Shown one piece after another: positions 59,142 to 64,000 of a DNA stretch of 64,000 nt; position 1 is the stretch's first letter; each line of letters opens with the position of its first letter. Under the pieces are notes generated by a model, which saw nothing but the letters and a program-made list of their open reading frames with translations, ran no database searches and was not told the origin of the DNA. The stretch spans positions 2,208 to 66,207 of the forward strand of contig CALXWX010000005.1 in NCBI GenBank assembly GCA_944392565.1, in the 5' to 3' direction. Position numbers and translations under genes: made by a program. The DNA comes from an uncultured Alphaproteobacteria bacterium (GTDB lineage: Bacteria > Pseudomonadota > Alphaproteobacteria > Rs-D84).

Positions 59142-59612
59142 TTAATGAGACAAAATCGCTAAACGTTCTTCTTTTTTTTGTTGCAGGTCCAGGTATGTGT
59201 ACCTTGATGATGTTTTTATCGGATATGTGGAATATACAAAATCAATAAATTGACTAAAAGTCAGTTTTTTTGTTAATTCAATAACTTTTAGTATCGCCGA
59301 ACGTTCGCTTTCTTTTAGCTGCCCATATTTGTAATCAGTGTTTTTAACGTCTGTTATATACAAACATGATGCGTTTGTTTTTTTTACAAAAAAATCATCA
59401 ACGGCATTATCTCTGACATCATCAACATATGGGCCGTAATTATGAAAATACCATTTGATGCCAGAAATGCTATTGGCGGTATCAGTCATTAGAACATGAC
59501 GCCAATCAGACAAATACACGATTTTTGTAAGTCTTGCATTTGACAGCTCGTAGCGATGTTCAGTTGGGTAATTAGATATGATAAAATGTATAATTTCTTG
59601 TAATTTATTCAT
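59142..59612 (-). CDS. Panacea/SocA-like (DUF4065) antitoxin-domain protein
   Basis: RLTKIVYLSDW...W...YGPY...VYSTYP. Confidence 0.7.
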   Translation of the reverse strand: MNKLQEIIHFIISNYPTEHRYELSNARLTKIVYLSDWRHVLMTDTANSISGIKWYFHNYGPYVDDVRDNAVDDFFVKKTNASCLYITDVKNTDYKYGQLKESERSAILKVIELTKKLTFSQFIDFVYSTYPIKTSSRYTYLDLQQKKEERLAILSH

Positions 59613-60462
59613 TTTCCAACCACTCGACTTCTTTCATTATTTTAACATATTTATAATACAATTTGAATTCCTTTGAAAATAATTTACATATCGTACGACA
59701 TTTGCGTTGAATGCAGAACTTTTGAATCCGTTTAGATTTTAGGCGTTTTTTTAAATTAGGATTCATTGTTTCGAAAACAAGAACCCCGATTTTCTCGTTG
59801 TCACATAAAAATTGTTCGGCATAATATATCTTTGATTTCATCTTGACGTCATATAATTTATTCTTGTCCATATGCGGATAACAAGCTCTGTTTGCCTTAA
59901 CCCATTGAGATGACGATTCTGTCGAGGAGAAATCGTGGTACAGGGTTCTGTTTTTTGTAAAACAAGTGCCAATTATATCGCCATCTGGTAAGAAAGGCAG
60001 ACTTTTGGGGTCTGCATTTTTTTGAATTTCATTGTCAGAAAAACGAAAAAAACGCAGAAAAGAATTACTTGTATCCTGGATGTAAATGGTTATTCTCTCG
60101 TTTGCCTCATTCCTTGAAAAGAGATTTGATAATTTTACTATCTCGTGACACTTGTGATACAGGTGTTTTTGTATAAGGGCTTTAAGCGGTTCTTGGTCAT
60201 AGTGTTTGTCAAATTGTGCGACCCACTTTGGAACTGGGTCTGAAAACATTGCTTTGACTAACCATAGTGCGGTAAAAAATATGCATATTGGCTTTAGAAA
60301 GCTCAAAACATTTATACCGTGAATAACATGGCCATCTGGATATATTGTGATATATGTTAGTATGATAGTGACCGCAAATGGTGTAAAAAAGAAAAAGTGC
60401 CCACTGGTAGCCCAGTTAAGTTTAATATTCTGCACAAGATTTACAATTCGCAATCGCAACAT
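59605..60462 (-). CDS. two-TM protein with GAF-like C-terminus
   Basis: Two TMs; ERITIY...IIG.CF...MKSK.Y...IGVLVFE. Confidence 0.6.
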   Translation of the reverse strand: MLRLRIVNLVQNIKLNWATSGHFFFFTPFAVTIILTYITIYPDGHVIHGINVLSFLKPICIFFTALWLVKAMFSDPVPKWVAQFDKHYDQEPLKALIQKHLYHKCHEIVKLSNLFSRNEANERITIYIQDTSNSFLRFFRFSDNEIQKNADPKSLPFLPDGDIIGTCFTKNRTLYHDFSSTESSSQWVKANRACYPHMDKNKLYDVKMKSKIYYAEQFLCDNEKIGVLVFETMNPNLKKRLKSKRIQKFCIQRKCRTICKLFSKEFKLYYKYVKIMKEVEWLENE

Positions 60463-60650
60463 TTTACTTATCTTTGTTGCGTATAATTAATATAATTTAC
60501 AACAAAAATCAACAAAAAACATATAAATACAGTGTTTATAATTATAACACAAAACGCCAAAAAAATCAAGGCATAAAACATGTTCAATTTGTTTTGAAAT
60601 TGCTTATGCAAACAAAAAATGGGGCAAATTGCCCCAGCGCAGTTTCAGGG

Positions 60651-61067
60651 TTATAATGATTTTAAGAACTTATCGAAATCCGCCTTGTTTTTATATCCCA
60701 GGCGATAAAATGAAGACGGCATCATGGCTAAGGATTTTATTTTGCCATCTATATCAGCTGTTACATCAAAGCACCCAAATCCGCCCTCGGGGGTTTTAGA
60801 ACCAATCAATAAAAATGGTTTGCCAGTCCCCTGTTCAAACATCATAAAAAAATTGTTGATGGTATTCAGTTTTTTCATGGTCGCCAGTTTACCGATGATA
60901 TAGTCACTGTATTCCTCCTTGGTCAAGTCTGGTGCTGTAACCCAAAATGAAGAGAAGCCAAAATCGTCCGACAAGAATGGCAAAATATATTTTGCATCAT
61001 ATTCGGTGTATGCTCTGGCTAAGTTTTTTAAAAACGATTCTTCATTTTTATATGCGTTATCAGACAT
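60651..61067 (-). CDS. hypothetical protein
   Basis: 138-aa ORF with SD, downstream of hsdR. Confidence 0.65.
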   Translation of the reverse strand: MSDNAYKNEESFLKNLARAYTEYDAKYILPFLSDDFGFSSFWVTAPDLTKEEYSDYIIGKLATMKKLNTINNFFMMFEQGTGKPFLLIGSKTPEGGFGCFDVTADIDGKIKSLAMMPSSFYRLGYKNKADFDKFLKSL

Positions 61068-61087
61068 GCGTGCCCCTTTTTTATAAT

Positions 61088-63424
61088 TTATGCGGCTTTT
61101 TTATACAGGTATTGTTGGAAGTCGCAGAACACACGACGGATTTCAGACATCTTGCCCAGTTCCATTTGTGCATTCGCAGGACTGCCGTATTTCAGATTGA
61201 CCAGGTCACCGATACGTTCGTCACTTAATTCGGACACACCGTTATTAACGTATTGTTGCAACACAAATTCAATAAACGCATGCTGACGCGAGTCATAGTT
61301 ATCAAAAATCAAAACCTTGTGCTTATTTACACGTTCTTGGCGTGATATGATTTCGTCGTGTTTATTAGAATAAACAACATATTGCAACACGTCAAATATA
61401 TCACTATCTTCCGCATTCAACACATGTTTAATCTTATCAAACGCTTGTTCATCATAACCGCGTTTTGCCATGCGTTCTAATAATTCTTTTCTGGTTAACG
61501 GGTCCGCCCAAACGCGACGCAATTCTTCTTCGGTTTTAAAGAAATTCGGTGCGTTTCCTATCAAACGTTCTATAAATTCTTTTGCCGGTATTGGCTTGCC
61601 ACTGGCGTTATCATAGAATGTTGTACCACGGTCGGTGACAACCACGCTACGTCCACCACCTAATTTAATTTGTATTGGCTCTTTTGGTTCTTCGCCTTCG
61701 CCACCTTCACCACCGCCTTCACCTTCACTGCCTTTGCCACGGCCCTTACCACCTGTCTTTTTACGTGGCTTGCCAATATATTCAATTGGACCGTCCCATT
61801 CTGGGTCTTCAAAGTTCTTGGAAGCGTTTACAAAGTCGTAGACAGTAAAGTATTCCTTGCCATCACACAAACGTGTCCCACGACCGATTATTTGTTTAAA
61901 TTCAATCATCGAATTAACTGGTCGCAACAATACGATATTTTTAATTTGAATCGCATCAACACCTGTGGATAATTTCTGTGATGTGGTCAAAATTGTTGGA
62001 ATTGTTTTTTCTGTATCCTGGAATTGACGCAAGAACATTTCGCCCATTTCTCCATCGTCTGCAGTTACGCGAACGCAATAGTTCGGATTTGTTGATGCCG
62101 TTTTTACCTGGTTTATAATATCACGTATTACACCTGCGTGTCTTTGTGTCGCACAAAACACCAATGTTTTGTCATTCTGATTTATTTCATTCATAAATGC
62201 TTTGACACGTTCTTCTTCGCGTTCACGCAGTTCGATATTTCTGTTAAAGTCTGGTTCGGTGTATGTCTTTTTAGGGTCAATTTCACCATTTACAATGTCT
62301 GCGGCATTGTATTCATATGTGCCAAAATTATCGGTTATACGTCTGACACGAAATGGTGTTAAATAACCGTCGTCTATCGCCTGTTTTAGTGAATATGTAT
62401 AAACTGGTTCGCCAAAGTATTTATATGTGTCCACATTGTCTTTACGCTTTGGCGTTGCGGTTAATCCCAAATGAACTGCTGAATCAAAATATTCCAAAAT
62501 CTTACGCCAGTTACTTTCGTCGTTGGCACCGCCACGATGACACTCGTCAATAATGATAAAATCAAAGAAATCTTTTGGGTATTGACCGAAATAAGGTTCT
62601 TCGCCACTCATAAATGTCTGGAATATGGTAAAAAATATACTTTGTGACTGTGGAACCTTGCCTTCTTTTTTGATTTGTTCCGGCTTTATGCGTGCGCATG
62701 CACCATTTGGAAAGCCAGTAAAAGCATCATACGCCTGGTTGGCCAATATATTACGGTCGGTTAAAAACAGAATACGTGGCAACCTGTCACCAATGTTACG
62801 CAGATTCCAACGCGCCTGCATTAATTTCCATACAATCTGATATGATATTTTTGTTTTTCCTGTACCGGTGGCCAGCGTTAACAATATGCGTTTTTTACCC
62901 ATGCTTAATGCCTTGATGACGGCATTAACGGCATTTTCCTGATAATATCGTTGTTGGAATACGCCATCGATATTAAATGGAATTGCAGACAATTTATTAA
63001 ATATATCGTTATCAGTGGCATAGGTCATATTCCACAATTCATCCGGTGTCGGATAACGGTCTATTTCGTGTTCTGACCCGTTTTGCATATCAATTTGATA
63101 AATCGTTTTGCCGTTTGTTGCGAATGTAAAACGCACGTTTAGTAATTCGGCGTATTGTTTTGCCTGGGCGACTCCGTCTGTATATGAACGGGATGATTTT
63201 TTCGCCTCTATAACGCCCAGTTTTACATTTTTATACAACAACAGGTAATCTGCACTTAATGTCGGACCGCGTTTGCCACCTGTTAAAATTCGCCCCTTGG
63301 ATATCGGGAATTCGCGACGTACAATTACGTCGGTTTCACCGTTTTTCCAACCACAATCATTCAGCATTGGATCGATTAAGTCAGCACGTGTTTCGGCCTC
63401 GGTCTTTGGGTGTGTGGTCATCAT
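61088..63424 (-). CDS. hsdR: type I restriction endonuclease R subunit (EcoAI-like)
   Basis: ADY.L...VIEAK, LATGTGKT, DECHR, GLTATP, QIIGRGTR. Confidence 0.93.
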   Translation of the reverse strand: MMTTHPKTEAETRADLIDPMLNDCGWKNGETDVIVRREFPISKGRILTGGKRGPTLSADYLLLYKNVKLGVIEAKKSSRSYTDGVAQAKQYAELLNVRFTFATNGKTIYQIDMQNGSEHEIDRYPTPDELWNMTYATDNDIFNKLSAIPFNIDGVFQQRYYQENAVNAVIKALSMGKKRILLTLATGTGKTKISYQIVWKLMQARWNLRNIGDRLPRILFLTDRNILANQAYDAFTGFPNGACARIKPEQIKKEGKVPQSQSIFFTIFQTFMSGEEPYFGQYPKDFFDFIIIDECHRGGANDESNWRKILEYFDSAVHLGLTATPKRKDNVDTYKYFGEPVYTYSLKQAIDDGYLTPFRVRRITDNFGTYEYNAADIVNGEIDPKKTYTEPDFNRNIELREREEERVKAFMNEINQNDKTLVFCATQRHAGVIRDIINQVKTASTNPNYCVRVTADDGEMGEMFLRQFQDTEKTIPTILTTSQKLSTGVDAIQIKNIVLLRPVNSMIEFKQIIGRGTRLCDGKEYFTVYDFVNASKNFEDPEWDGPIEYIGKPRKKTGGKGRGKGSEGEGGGEGGEGEEPKEPIQIKLGGGRSVVVTDRGTTFYDNASGKPIPAKEFIERLIGNAPNFFKTEEELRRVWADPLTRKELLERMAKRGYDEQAFDKIKHVLNAEDSDIFDVLQYVVYSNKHDEIISRQERVNKHKVLIFDNYDSRQHAFIEFVLQQYVNNGVSELSDERIGDLVNLKYGSPANAQMELGKMSEIRRVFCDFQQYLYKKAA

Positions 63425-64000
63425 AATTCTCCATTAAATGCTTTTTTCAAAATCGCCTGTTTTAATTCGTCTAAATCGGCAATTTGTTTGGTGTATATCT
63501 GTTCTAATTCCTGGGCCTGTTCTTGCAACGCATCTAATTTTTCAACAATCCGCTGTTGTTCCTGCAATGGTGGAAGAATTATCTTTTCATTACGGTAATC
63601 TTTATAATATATGTGTGGTATTGCCGCTCCTTTATAATATTTCTTATAATCTATTGACGTTAAGAAATAATATGCAAATCGTATATTTATATCTGGTTTT
63701 GGAAATAAATATTGTAAAGTACCTAATACGGACGAATATGGGCCATAATGATAAACTCTACCTACACCCGCACCGTCTTTAATAATTGCCAAATAATCTG
63801 TATTCTGTTGATAAAAATTTACATTTTTTACTAAACCACTGGCGCCATATACAGGGTACTCACCATCACAATCGACTAACTTGTGTGCGGACAAATTTGA
63901 CGACCCACATTCTAACACGTCTGCCAAAGTCTTTTCTGTCCAACCCTCGGTGTTTTTTGCAAATGATTTATGTAATTCCCTTTCAAATAATTCTTTCACA
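63421..64000 (-). CDS. hsdS: type I RM specificity subunit (3' part)
   Basis: YPVYGASG, GAAIPH, LPPLQEQQRIV..LD, LKQAILKKAF.GEL. Confidence 0.9.
   Translation of the reverse strand, partial: VKELFERELHKSFAKNTEGWTEKTLADVLECGSSNLSAHKLVDCDGEYPVYGASGLVKNVNFYQQNTDYLAIIKDGAGVGRVYHYGPYSSVLGTLQYLFPKPDINIRFAYYFLTSIDYKKYYKGAAIPHIYYKDYRNEKIILPPLQEQQRIVEKLDALQEQAQELEQIYTKQIADLDELKQAILKKAFNGEL

Larger units (their letters stand above)
54757..64000. mobile_element. left part of a tRNA-Asn-targeted integrative defence island
   Basis: tRNA fragment, three GGTAGCAAA repeats, tyrosine integrase, HNH, AAA, Panacea-like and type I RM genes. Confidence 0.7.

Overview
The window looks like the chromosome of a small, AT-rich alphaproteobacterium (inferred from host-type dnaB, rne, recG, bamA-rseP-cdsA-uppS-frr, rph and ackA). 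The main signal is a podovirus virion gene set of the T7/BPP-1 type woven into host genes at about 4.2-18.3 kb. It comprises a SleB-type lysin, two holin-like genes, scaffold, capsid, tail tubular A/B, a tail-fibre adaptor, portal, a Bbp19-like gene and an Mtd_N receptor-binding gene, with a second Mtd_N gene at 39.6-40.2 kb. No integrase or phage replication/transcription genes accompany it in this window. The large terminase is split into separate ATPase and nuclease ORFs by a 3.3-kb block carrying dnaB. This pattern fits a domesticated, gene-transfer-agent-like element rather than an excisable prophage (inference). Also present: scattered VirB T4SS genes, several structured leaders and sRNA candidates, three tRNAs (two with tRNA-linked repeats), REP/RPE-like repeats, a COG3014-YcfL-LpoB-CsgG lipoprotein operon, a TetR-flavodoxin cassette, and the left end of a tRNA-Asn-targeted integrase/defence island with type I RM genes. 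All protein calls come from motif recognition by eye; no database searches were run.
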